A DNA stretch of 64,000 bases from contig OZ024749.1 in assembly GCA_964016885.1 (NCBI GenBank), forward strand, positions 31,992,001 through 32,056,000. Direction: 5' to 3'. Source of the DNA: Eledone cirrhosa. Lineage: Eukaryota. Numbering within the stretch: the stretch's first letter is position 1; the number at the start of each line of letters is the position of its first letter. The notes beneath the pieces were generated by a model. It was not told where the DNA came from. It did not search any database and worked only from the letters and a program-made list of their open reading frames with translations. A program made the position numbers and the translations under genes. Shown piece by piece: positions 30,682 to 42,295 of this stretch.

Positions 30682-31010
30682 CGTGACCTTGTGGTAAGGG
30701 TGTTGGGCTTACAATCATAATTTCATGTGGCCTAGTGGTAAGCGTGTTGGACTTACGATCATAATGTCGTGGGTTTGATTCCTGGGCTGGATCATGTCTT
30801 GTGTTCTTGAGGAAAACACTTTATTTCACGTTGCTCCAGTATACTCAACTGAAAAATAAGAATGAGTACCAGCAATAGTTGGGGTTTTAAACCTGCGATC
30901 GACTGGTGTCCTGTCCAGAGGGGAATCTTGTACTCTCAGTCAATTAATGTCTCGGAAAGAGGAATAAACACTGGCCAGCTGAGCCTCCGAGCCTCGAGAC
31001 AGACTTTAAA
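30682..31010 (+). mobile_element. tRNA-derived SINE family 2 (duplicated head)
   Basis: gtggcctagtggtaag head; gtgttcttgag..acactttatttcacgttgctccagt domain; matches 50700-50973 on minus strand. Confidence 0.85.
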
Positions 31011-31665
31011 CCTTTTTTTTTTTAATTCCTCATAGCAGGTGAAGGCAGCCTCTTTTTCCATCTTTAAAGGGTCTTCACTCTCATTTATAAGCTATTTTAT
31101 GTCATGTCTGCGCATGAGTACACCATAATTTATATAAACTATTATGCATATTTTTATGAGAAATATCGACATTTTCATGATTTCTATATAAGACCGTCCG
31201 TTACCCCTAAAACACCGAAAACAGAAACTTCCAAAAACTTCTACAATTTTCCATGGAAATATTGATTCGCAGTATATTTTCATATATTAAGCAAATGTCT
31301 ATTACTTCTAAATGTTTTGAGTTTGGAAGATTTATGTTTTCGCAATATCAGAACCGTTCAAGAATATGTTTTTAACTGTTATGAATGGTGATAGTAGGAT
31401 AAAATATGTCCATCACTGATTTGGTAAAGTCGTTTTAATAGGAATTATATATTAACTTATGCTTATACGTTAGTGCTTGGACATGGCGTATAGAACCGTA
31501 TGTGTCTAGATGAGAGGAACATATGAATATGTATACTTATATACATGTACATATATAAGCATGTGTATCTACGTGTGTGTGTGTGTGCATATGTATCCTT
31601 TTATATGTGAGTACGTATGCATGTGTGTATATATGTGTGTATGTATGTGTATGTGTATATATATA

Positions 31666-31696
<31 letters not shown>

Positions 31697-31827
31697 GGTA
31701 TTAGGGTAAATATTGATGCAATTCAATTCAAGCACTCAACGTACTTTTTCCACATAGGAGTGACGGAGTAAATATCGAATAAGGAAAAGTGAAGTAGTTT
31801 CAGATGTTCAAGTCCTTTAATAATAAT

Positions 31828-31901
31828 GCTGTGATATATATTTCAGTGACGACACTGGCCACACTGTTCTGTGCGCGAGTGTCCTGTCATCATCAGACAG
31901 C
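31828..31901 (-). ncRNA. Hammerhead ribozyme
   Basis: GCTGT-CTGATGA-stem II-GAAA-TATATA-TC^ACAGC. Confidence 0.82.
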
Positions 31902-32359
31902 TTGTTACATAATAAGGTTATGTTTCCGAGGCAATCCAAATTGGATCGACATGGGAACGGATGAATTGCGTGTTTTGGGGTTTTCATCCGCCCCCTTGTG
32001 AGTGCCAATTCACCCCCATCGGCATGCGCAAGCGCATGTCCGAAGGAAGTTAACCATTAGCCACCGCAGATTTCAACGAAATTCGCTTAGTCAGTTCACC
32101 CTCTCAGTCAAAACAATGGCCCACCAATGCCTGTACCATATTTTACTGCTACCCATCACGGCTGTGGTAGTCAGCCGAGAGCCAGGAGGGGATGGGAGAG
32201 TGTTAGTTTTTACAGGTCATAATACTACCCCTCACAAAGCGTTGACGGTACGACTGACCATCACCATATAAGGGAAAATAAACTTAATTCTAAGTATCAT
32301 GGTTTTACGTTGGAAATCCAATTTGGATTGCCCGGAAACATAACCTTATTATGTAACAA

Positions 32360-32433
32360 GCTGTCTGATGATGACACGACACTCGCACACAGAACAGTGT
32401 GGCCAGTGTCGTCACTGAAATATATATCACACC
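32360..32433 (+). ncRNA. Hammerhead ribozyme (inverted-terminus copy)
   Basis: GCTGT-CTGATGA-TGACACGACACT..AGTGTCGTCACT-GAAA-TATATA-TC^ACACC. Confidence 0.78.
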
Positions 32434-32708
32434 ATTATTATTAAAGGACTTGAACATCTGAAACTACTTCGCTTTTCCTTATTCTATATATATATATATA
32501 TGTATATATATATAAATATATATATGTGTTGGTGTGTTTATGTATGGATATATATATATATGTATATGTGTCTCTGTGTATATATATGTGTATATATGCG
32601 TGTATATATGTATATATATATGTATATATGTGTGTATATGTGAGTGTGTGTGTACGTGTGTGTTGTTATATAATATTATTTATTATTCTTCCCCCTCCAC
32701 CAGGATTT

Positions 32709-32768
32709 TTTCATTCTGATGAATGAGAGCAATTTTGGTTGCTTTCAAGAAACCACTGGTAAATGAAA
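32709..32768 (+). ncRNA. Hammerhead ribozyme (relative of the 16.2 kb family)
   Basis: TTTCATT-CTGATGA-ATGAGAGCAATT..GGTTGCTTTCAA-GAAA-CCACTGG-TA^AATGAAA. Confidence 0.88.
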
Positions 32769-32860
32769 TAATTATCTTATGTTGTTTATTACATAACTAA
32801 TAAGCTCTGTAACTTACATAGAGCACTCTTTTTCCTGCACCTTTCCGACGGAATTACTTC

Positions 32861-32990
<130 letters not shown>

Positions 32991-33193
32991 ATTTATATTT
33001 ATATATATATATATATATAGTTGTATTTATATATATATATATATATATAGTTGTATTTATATATATATATATATATATATAGAGTTGTATTTATATTTAT
33101 ATATATACGTCAACCGTATTCATTTTATTAAAGCTGAACAGTAAGTGTTGTTACTCTTGAGTTTCGCATGTTTATCACATTATCAATAAAAGG

Positions 33194-33249
<56 letters not shown>

Positions 33250-33254
33250 CATAC

Positions 33255-33727
33255 ATGGTGGCTGCCAACTCGTTTTCGAGTACGGCCACTACTTTATATC
33301 CATGTAGGAGAACCCCTACCGATGCGCTGAGCGAGTGTGACTTTTTAGTCCAGCCAGCGACTTGAACACTCTGGTACAAACACTACACTTGTGACAATTA
33401 TTGACACATAGTGCTGGGCCCATGATACCATGTGACGACAAGTGCAGAGAGATCTCCAGATATAAAGCAATGCCTGTGCCGTGAAGCTTTTATAGTGAGA
33501 AAAGGCACTGCACAAAGCCAGTCCCACTCTCTTAACCAAGATGATATTTACCAAAAAAGAAGAACAAGTCAACATCATTGGATACCATCAGGGTTGCAGG
33601 TGTTATATCAGAGTTTTCCTTCTCCTAGAATTCTGCCTTGACAAAGGCTAAGGGGTCATCTCTCCCGGTGATTTTGGCTGGCCATTGACTCTTAAGAGCT
33701 CCTTTGCCCTTTGACAGGTTTTGTATG
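33255..33727 (+). mobile_element. Family A copy 2 (longest), followed by (CATA)n
   Basis: Similarity to copies 1 and 3 plus about 60 extra 3' bases. Confidence 0.85.
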
Positions 33728-34288
33728 TACATACATACATACATACATACATACATACATACATACATACATACATACATACAAACATACATACATACAT
33801 ACATACATACATACATACATACATACATACATACATAGCTGGATATCCGATGTATATCGAGAGGTGAATGAAGTTTATAAAGGTACTAACTAGATTAGTA
33901 GAATGTAGGCATATTTTTTTCATTATAGATATGAATTTTACAGGACTAGAACTATTTCATCATTAAGAAATCATCAGGAAAGATTTTCCTGGGGATTCCT
34001 TACGAAACAATATATATTTTGTTAATTGTTTCTGAGGAAGACGGTGATAAGCATCTGTTATATTGAGACAAGTAATAGGTGGTAGCATAACCACTCAACA
34101 TATTGATTTATTATGTTCAGTCAACACTCTGAAACGATCGAAAAGCAATCAACTAATTAGGAGACTATTTTTGCCTTCTGGTTTATTATCTTATATTATG
34201 TTATATATTTATGTTCATACACCTCTAGAATACGAGAATACGAGGGGCATCATATAACTATACACACACACGCGCGCACACACACATA

Positions 34289-34354
<66 letters not shown>

Positions 34355-34466
34355 TGTATATATAAACAAACACACATATATATATACAAACATATATATA
34401 TATATATATAAACAAACATATATATATATATATATACACAAACATATATATATATATATATACACA

Positions 34467-34514
<48 letters not shown>

Positions 34515-34824
34515 AACTCCTATAAGCCCTCTTGTTTTCTAGAAGTTTGGTCAAATGTTGGCCCTGGGGAGCGCCTTTATTCCGTGAATGATCATAAACC
34601 AGTAAGTCAACTACGATCGATCTTTTAAATCTCTCATAAGGATACTCCCTTGATAATGGGTTTTTAAGCCCGAAAATATTTGGGATTATCAAGTTTGCTA
34701 GGGTAAGATTCTTTTGTTATCAAAGTAATCTCGATTTTCTTTCTAATGCATTGTATGGTTTTCAAAATTCGTGTTTCAAGTTCGTGTTTCCTATTCAACA
34801 ATGCTTGAATCATACGACAACACA

Positions 34825-34864
<40 letters not shown>

Positions 34865-35187
34865 TCGTCGTAGATTACCAGACTTTTAACTTAATTGGGT
34901 GCCTGAGAGTAGAATATTCAACCCACGAAAGCTAATCTGATATAGAACGAATTGTTATATCGGATGCCGAACGCTTCGGAGTTACTATTGGGGTCACCAT
35001 CAACAATTTAAAGGGATGTACGATTAATTAGGGATAATATAGTCTATAAAGAAAGGTAACTCTTTCAAAATACTAAAGAGCTGTGTCTCTTGAACATTGT
35101 AGACAAAATTGTCGAAGAAAAAGAGCTTAGAGTATTAGTGAAAAAAAACGCCTTTAACAACAGAAAATTGAAAAATAAATTAAGTTA

Positions 35188-35560
35188 ACACTAACCCTAA
35201 TCCTAACCCTAACCCTAACCCTAACCCTAACCTTAACTAAAAACCTAACCCTAAACCTAACCGTAGCCCTAACCCTAACCCCAAATTCTAACCCTAACCC
35301 TAACGCTAACCCTAACCCTAAACCTATCCCTACCCGTAACCCTAACCCTAACGCTAACCTTAACCCAAACCCTAATCCTACCCCTGACCCTAACCCTACC
35401 CCTACCCCTAGCCTTACCCCTAACCCTACCCCTAACCCTAACCCTAACCCTACCTCTACCCCTAACCCTAACCCTAACTCTAACCCTAACCCTAACCCTA
35501 ACCCTACCTTTAATCCTACCCCTAACCCTACCCCTACCCCTAACCTTAACCCTAACCCTG
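35188..35560. repeat. Degenerate interstitial (CCCTAA)n telomere-like tract
   Basis: About 60 hexamers ccctaa/ccctac/ccttaa. Confidence 0.9.
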
Positions 35561-35713
35561 CAGGAATAACCGCAAGGAATATATAAATGCAAGTTTGAAG
35601 TCAATCGGAGTAGAAATGTGGATTTGTATAGACTTTGCCAAATTTAGGACACACACACAGACAACTTCAGTTTTATATATATGTATAGATATATATACAT
35701 GCATATATATGTG

Positions 35714-35812
<99 letters not shown>

Positions 35813-35905
35813 CATACACACACACACACAGAAACATATATATATATATACACTTTATATTATCTCTATTTATTTCATTATATTGGATTATATTTATATC
35901 GGTGT

Positions 35906-36088
35906 ATTGGCATGTATCGGTAGAGGGTCGGACGCCATGCTTTAATGCATAGAGTTACGGCCCTTGCCATTATGAGTTCAAATCCCGCCGAGGTTAACTT
36001 TGCCTTTCATCCTTATGGGGTCGATAAAATAAAGTACCAGTAATACACTGGGTAATTGCTGGCCTTGTGCCAAAAGTAGAAACAATTA
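35906..36088 (+). mobile_element. SINE family 1
   Basis: Head, core and agtagaaacaatta end. Confidence 0.88.
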
Positions 36089-36366
36089 TATATATTTCGA
36101 AATTTCGAAGATGCAAAGTTTTACGTATAACATAAAGCAAGACATGTTCTCCTCAGGCAAAATATATAGAAAATGTAAAATGTTTTCATGATATGCTGGG
36201 AGACAACCGGACTGGACAGATCAATGACCATATATAGATACACACACACACACACACAAAGAAATATATATGTGTGTGTGTGTGTGTATACACATATATA
36301 TCTGTCCCTTCTCCTCTCTCCCTCTATCACAATCTCTTTTCGATTTCTTTTCCTTCTATACAGGTA

Positions 36367-36429
<63 letters not shown>

Positions 36430-36503
36430 CATACTCTACTATCCCAATTATTGCGTATTCTATTGTGTAGTGGTCTAACTAGTTTATAAGGTGGGTCTAT
36501 CCT

Positions 36504-36581
<78 letters not shown>

Positions 36582-36582
36582 A

Positions 36583-36938
36583 TATAAGATCGAAAGATGG
36601 TTAAAAGAGTTCGAAGTATTTTATTATGCGCATTTCAAAAACAAATATCACCATGGGATGATATCTGCGTTCTCATCAGATAAAATAGGGAGACATGATA
36701 TGAAGCTTAAAAAACATTTGTGAGTAGTGAAGTTTTAATTCAACATATGGAAAAATAAAGTAAGATGGTTATATGAGATTGGGAAAATAATGAGGGGGGG
36801 GGGTAGGAAAAGGTAATAAAGTGGAAGAAAGAAAATAAAGGATGGTGGGGGAGGAGTATAAGAAGGGTGGATGAGAGAGGAGGAGAAATGAGTGATAGAG
36901 TGATGCTTTATTGTGCTACAATAAAACTCACCTCTTAC

Positions 36939-36940
<2 letters not shown>
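36583..36940 (-). mobile_element. Family E copy 3 (longest) with hammerhead at 36617-36687
   Basis: Same ends as other E copies; TATTTTAT-CTGATGA..GAAA-TGCGCA-TA^ATAAAATA. Confidence 0.85.
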
Positions 36941-36969
<29 letters not shown>

Positions 36970-36999
36970 GAGAGAGAGAGGGAGAGGGAGAGAGAGAGG

Positions 37000-37062
<63 letters not shown>

Positions 37063-37874
37063 GGAGGCTGTATGGAAAGCCTTGTCAACTGAAATACTAT
37101 GTCGCATTAATTTCGCTTAAAAATTACGATAGCAGTACATCTGTTTCTACAATACTCAACCACTTATTGCCAGATTTAACCAAGCGTCAGACGTACGGCT
37201 GATTTAACAACTAAATGCTCATCGTCGAAAGCGACAGAGGATCCACGAATATGCTTTTTTGTGTGTTTGTGGAAAACTTGCAGTCCATTTGCTGTAAACT
37301 TTTATTTGTTTCTTCCTCTGCTAATTGGTACATTGCTCATACCTATATAAGTATTAATTAGTTTTATCAGATAAATGGCATTGATTCGATTTGCTACTCT
37401 TATTTATTAGGCAATGAGGAAATAAAATGCTATATAAAATATGAAAATACAATTGTGGATCGTTGGATTTTAAAATAAAATCACGGCTAATTTGTAAACT
37501 AATTACGCGAATACTTAATTAATTAAATAATTTAGTAGATGTTCAAAATATTTATCTAATCACCTCATCAGTTAATTAAGCAGACGATATTTCTATAAGT
37601 AATTTAAATATTAGTTGATAATTAGCATAGCATAGATTATTTTTTCAGAGACGATTGCGTTAAAAGATCAAATTCGGACATCTATATGAATATTGATATC
37701 GTTTCTAAGTGAGAATGCTATGAATCACGTGTCTTTGATAAGTTTCCAGTCCGAAGTATTAAGAGTTCCAGACATACCAACCTCTAAAATCCCAAACGGG
37801 AAGTACCATGAAAAAAGGTGCCTCAAAACGGGGAGAAATGAGGCAAAATGGGGATATTTTACATAAAGGTTTCT

Positions 37875-38084
37875 TCGATACACACAAGGCCAGTAATTTG
37901 GGGAGAGGAGCAAGTCGATTAAATTGATTCCAGTGCATTACTAGTGTTTTATTTTATCGACCCCGTAAGGATGAAAGACAACGCTAACCTCGGCGAGATT
38001 TGAAATCAGAACGTAAAGGGCCATAACTCTATGCCGCAAAGCATAGTGTCCGACGCTCTACCGAATACTGCCAATCCACCGCCC
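37875..38084 (-). mobile_element. SINE family 1
   Basis: Core and head actgccaatccaccgcc. Confidence 0.85.
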
Positions 38085-38304
38085 TTGATATTTTAATGAA
38101 AGCTATACCTATTTTCACAAGAGAAGAAATCTCTAACCCACCGCAAAGTAGGTGGGAGAACTCCCCGTCGAACGGGGAGAGTAGACATGTCTAGAGTTCG
38201 AGTCCTGATTATAGCAAGCATTCTGCCATTTCTTTATATGTTCATAAGACAGAAACTACATTGACCACTTGCTAACTTAGTTTACTCTGGGAGAGTCGAC
38301 GTAA

Positions 38305-38494
38305 TAGTTGTTTCTACTTTTGGCACAAGGCCAGCAAATACTCAGTATATTACTGGTACTTTATTTTATCGACCCCCCGTATGGATGAAAGGCAAATTTA
38401 ACCTCGACAGCATTTGAACTCAGACCGTAAAGGGACGTAACTATGCTGGAAAGCATGGCGTCTGACCCTCTACCGATACTGCCAATTCACCGCC
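38305..38494 (-). mobile_element. SINE family 1
   Basis: Core and head actgccaattcaccgcc. Confidence 0.88.
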
Positions 38495-40289
38495 ACCGTA
38501 ATAGTGTATGGAATGGAAATTTTAGCCCCATTTTCAAATTACAGGTACAACTAACTTGTTTTTTCTTGTGTTTTTCACCTGGGTAATCTGCAGCAGCTCC
38601 ACCAGGAATTGATCTAACGAGCTGGCGATTGTGAGCCAAAGATCGTAGCCATTAAGCTACTCGTCTAAACAGTCTGTTCACTGGTACTCTCCCCTATATC
38701 ATTAGCTACGTATCTATATTTAATCACAGAGATTCAATCATCTATAAAACTTATATCTATTCCACTGTAAATATTTTCACACTCTTTAAATAGCAGACAA
38801 CCGAAATAAGAAAATATTGATTTCTATCGTTTAAACACATCCTTGTTGTTGTTGTTGTTGTTGGCGGTGGTGGTGGTGGTGGTGGTGGTGGTGGGTGATG
38901 ATGATGGTGGCGGGGTGGTGGTGGTGGTGGGGTGATGATGATGGTTGTGGTGGCGGTGGTGGTGGTGGTGGTGATGATGGTGGTGGTGGTGATGGTGGTG
39001 GTGGTGGTGGTGATGGTTGTGGTGATGGTGGTGCTGGTGGTGGTGCTGGTGGTGGTGGTAGTGGTGGTGGTTGTGGTGGTGGTGGTGGTGGTGGGTGATG
39101 ATGGTGGTGGTGGTGGTGATGGTGGTGGTTATGGTGGTGGTTGTGGTGGTGGTGGTGGTGGTAGTGCTGGTGGTGGTTGTGGTGCTGGTGGTGGTGGTGG
39201 TGGTGGTGATGGTTGCGGTGATGGTGGTGGTTGTGGTGATGGTTGTGGTGGTAATGGTGGTGGTGGTGGTGGGGATGATGGTGGCGGTGGTGGCCGTCGT
39301 TGTAGTTGTGCTGATCTTCTTCGTTTTCTTCTTCTTCCTCTTTTTCATCATACTGTTGTTCGTACTGTTGTTGCTGTTGTTGTTGTTGCAGTTGTTGTTG
39401 TTGCAGTTGTTGTTATTCTTGCTGTTGTTGTTGTTGTTGCAGTTGTTAAATTGGCCTCTATCCAGTAGTTAAATCCGAGAGATCGGAGGTCTATAATAAA
39501 ATAAATTACAACTATGGTCACGCCATACAACATTATTGAATGTTTTAACGTATGTTGTGTTCTTTTTATTTATTCAAGACGAAGGCCATAGAATATAGAT
39601 ATCTCCAGTGGCAGATGAATAAGACCATGGATCTTGTGTTCAGTGAGCCATAACTCTTCAGAAAGTATTCCATGAAATTCACAAGGAAAAATATGTACAG
39701 AACCAAATATAAAATATGCTTTTAATTTGCATTACAGAACGAATAGTGGTAATGTTTTGGGGCTGACACTCGTAAGAGTATAAGTTTGATTCCCTAACAT
39801 TGAGAAAAGTTGTGTCACTTAGACCGTATAAAGAAATAAGTTGCAACGTCACTGCTGTATCAGCATTTACCTTTCTTTTGGACAACATTGGTATTGGGCA
39901 GACAGGGAGACTGGCATGCATGATTGCTGGTCATCTTCAACGATAAATTGATAATACCTTGCTCAAGCTTACGTCTTGTAAGATAACTTCCCTGTGTAAA
40001 TATAGAGTCAGACATAACCAAAGGAGATTTGAAATAGCAGGCAGAGGGTCTTCACGTTTCGGATGCTAGTCCTTCATCAGAAGAAAGAATGAGAAATTAG
40101 ATAGATTGAAGGGACGAGTGGGTGGAATTGATATATATATATATATATATATATATGGCGGTTGAAGTAACGTGAAATGAAGCTTCTTGCTCAATGACAC
40201 AATACAGCGCTGCCTAGTTTAGAAATAGAAGCCATGGCCTCATCATTGTGAGTCTAACACACTAACCACTAAGCCACACACCACCACCA

Positions 40290-40507
40290 CCTTCTTCTTC
40301 TTCTTCTTCTTCTTCTTCTTCTTCTTCTTCTTCTTCTTCTTCTTCTTCTTCTTCTTCTTCTTCTTCTTCTTCCTCCTCCTCCTTCTCCTCTTTGCCGCCC
40401 ACTTATTCCTGAGTGTGTCATGCAGGTAGGCAGAGTCCTCCAACACTCCTTCCAGTGGGTCCTGTCAGAAGCAACCGTCCCCAATTGATCCGGCTTCTGT
40501 ATCCCTA
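40290..40507 (-). mobile_element. RTE-type LINE 3' end with (GAA)n tail
   Basis: GIQKPDQLGTVASDRTHWKECWRTLP, homologous to about 4550-4665. Confidence 0.75.
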
Positions 40508-40853
40508 TAAAATAACTAACATATAAAATAACTAACATATAATCAACTAAACATTTTCTAACAACACATGATGATGGGGCCATAATTAGTATCCTGACTG
40601 TAACCAGTAAATGAATTAATAAACACTTAAAGTGTTTTATTAGAAATATGGTCACATAATTATAACTACGGAGAATGGAATTCCTCTCCTTTTTGAAATT
40701 CCCTAACAAAATAATGTATAACTGAGATGGCTTTAATGACGGAAATTGAGAAATCATATTTCAGGAAGGCAGGAGAAAATCAATGAAGGTTATTTTGAAG
40801 TTGTTTAGCGGGTTTTTAGGGTGTATTTTTTTTTTTTGGTGTGTGTGTGTGGG

Positions 40854-40889
<36 letters not shown>

Positions 40890-41496
40890 TTTGTGGGGGA
40901 GGGTATTTTTGGCGGAGAGGGGGGGGGTATATTCCTTTCTTTTCATTTTTTTTATTTGTATTCATCTATTTATAATATTCATTGAAGCATAAGGAAAAGG
41001 AAATATTGGGTATTGGACTGAAATTGGGGAAACAGCAACACAGGCCACAACAACAACAACAGCCACTACAACAACAACAACAGCCACTACGACAACAGCC
41101 ACAACAACAGCCACTACAACAACAGCCACAACAACAATCACTACAACATCAGCAATCACAACAATCACAACAACAACAACAACAAAAACAATCACAACAG
41201 CAATAACAACAATCACAACAACAGCCACTACAAAACAACAACAACAACAATCACAATGACAGCAACAATTACAACAGACACATACTGACACACACATACA
41301 CCCATACATACACAGAGACAGAGGGTCAGATACACACACAAACAGACAAACACAGAGACATGTAAACACCCAAATCTCCAGATTGACAAAAACTGGAACG
41401 AGGTAAGGAACAGGGTGGCCCCTGTCATCCAGAGAGAGGCCTACAGGAAGCTTTCTTTGAGAGGTCGGGTAGAAGTGGCGAATGTATATATATATA

Positions 41497-41794
41497 TAAA
41501 AGAAATAGGATTTCGCTTCAAGCATAGCTTTATACGATATGTATAAATATTTCGTATCTCCAAAGAAATACGGTTTTAAGAAGCCGGTGATGTCCAGCAG
41601 AAGCAAGGGGGACAACCGTCTATGCATTTCAGGCTTAACTGGCCATCGTCAGGACGGTCCCTCCCACCGCTTGCGACTGCTGGACTAGAAGACAGGCGAG
41701 AATATATGTTTTCTCGTCTGTGTAAATGAGGTGTTTGCATAGCTACGGCTTCCTAAAACCGTATTTCTTTGGAGATACGAAATATTTATACATA
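41497..41794 (-). mobile_element. PLE-type element with 48-bp inverted ends and tail
   Basis: 41539-41586 inverse of 41746-41794; tail 41497-41538; TA flanks. Confidence 0.82.
41615..41658 (-). ncRNA. Minimal hammerhead ribozyme
   Basis: ACCGTC-CTGACGA-TGGC-CAGTTAA-GCCT-GAAA-TGCA-TA^GACGGT; perfect 6-bp stem I. Confidence 0.88.
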
Positions 41795-41813
41795 TATATA
41801 TATATATATATAC

Positions 41814-41862
<49 letters not shown>

Positions 41863-41868
<6 letters not shown>

Positions 41869-42187
41869 TTGCGAGGTTTTTGATATGAAATCGTGTGTCG
41901 AAACAAATATTGTTATACTTGGGGAGGGTTATATTGTTGTAATAATATTGCCAGAAATAATAACAGAATACACTCCACTGTTTGGTTGGTTTTCGCTTCT
42001 GTATCTTTTATATCTCCATAGTTAATTCATTTGGTCCTCAATGTTTATCATTGACTGACCAACGGTCAAAAATACAGAATAAATAAATACATATATATAT
42101 AGTCTAACAAAGTTCTTTCGTTGCACATCTGAAACATCATCAGTGGTACTATTATGTTTCCTGCTGTTGTATTGTATGTCTACGCCA
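41863..42187 (-). mobile_element. Family C copy with hammerhead at 42106-42147
   Basis: Colinear with 60380-60705; CTGATGA-TGTTTCAGATGTGCAAC-GAAA-GAAC-TT. Confidence 0.8.
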
Positions 42188-42295
42188 TATATATATATAT
42201 ATGTAGCCTTGCGTGATCTCCTACCGCCTGACCGTCGTCCTATACACCGGTCCAAGTCTCACCGCAATATAGCGACTAATCTTTCGCTATGTGTG

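Larger units (their letters stand above)
31697..32484 (-). mobile_element. PLE-type element with 170-bp inverted termini, 370-bp unique centre and 80-bp tail
   Basis: 31777-31946 inverse of 32316-32484; tail 31697-31776; TA flanks. Confidence 0.88.

Noticed and set aside
30682-30790. tRNA genes
   Set aside because: A/B-box-like segments here and at 38600-38680, 55696 and 62271 are SINE heads without a complete cloverleaf.
39868-39931. Possible minus-strand exon MTSNHACQSPCLPNTNVVQKK
   Set aside because: Weak acceptor and no recognisable homology.
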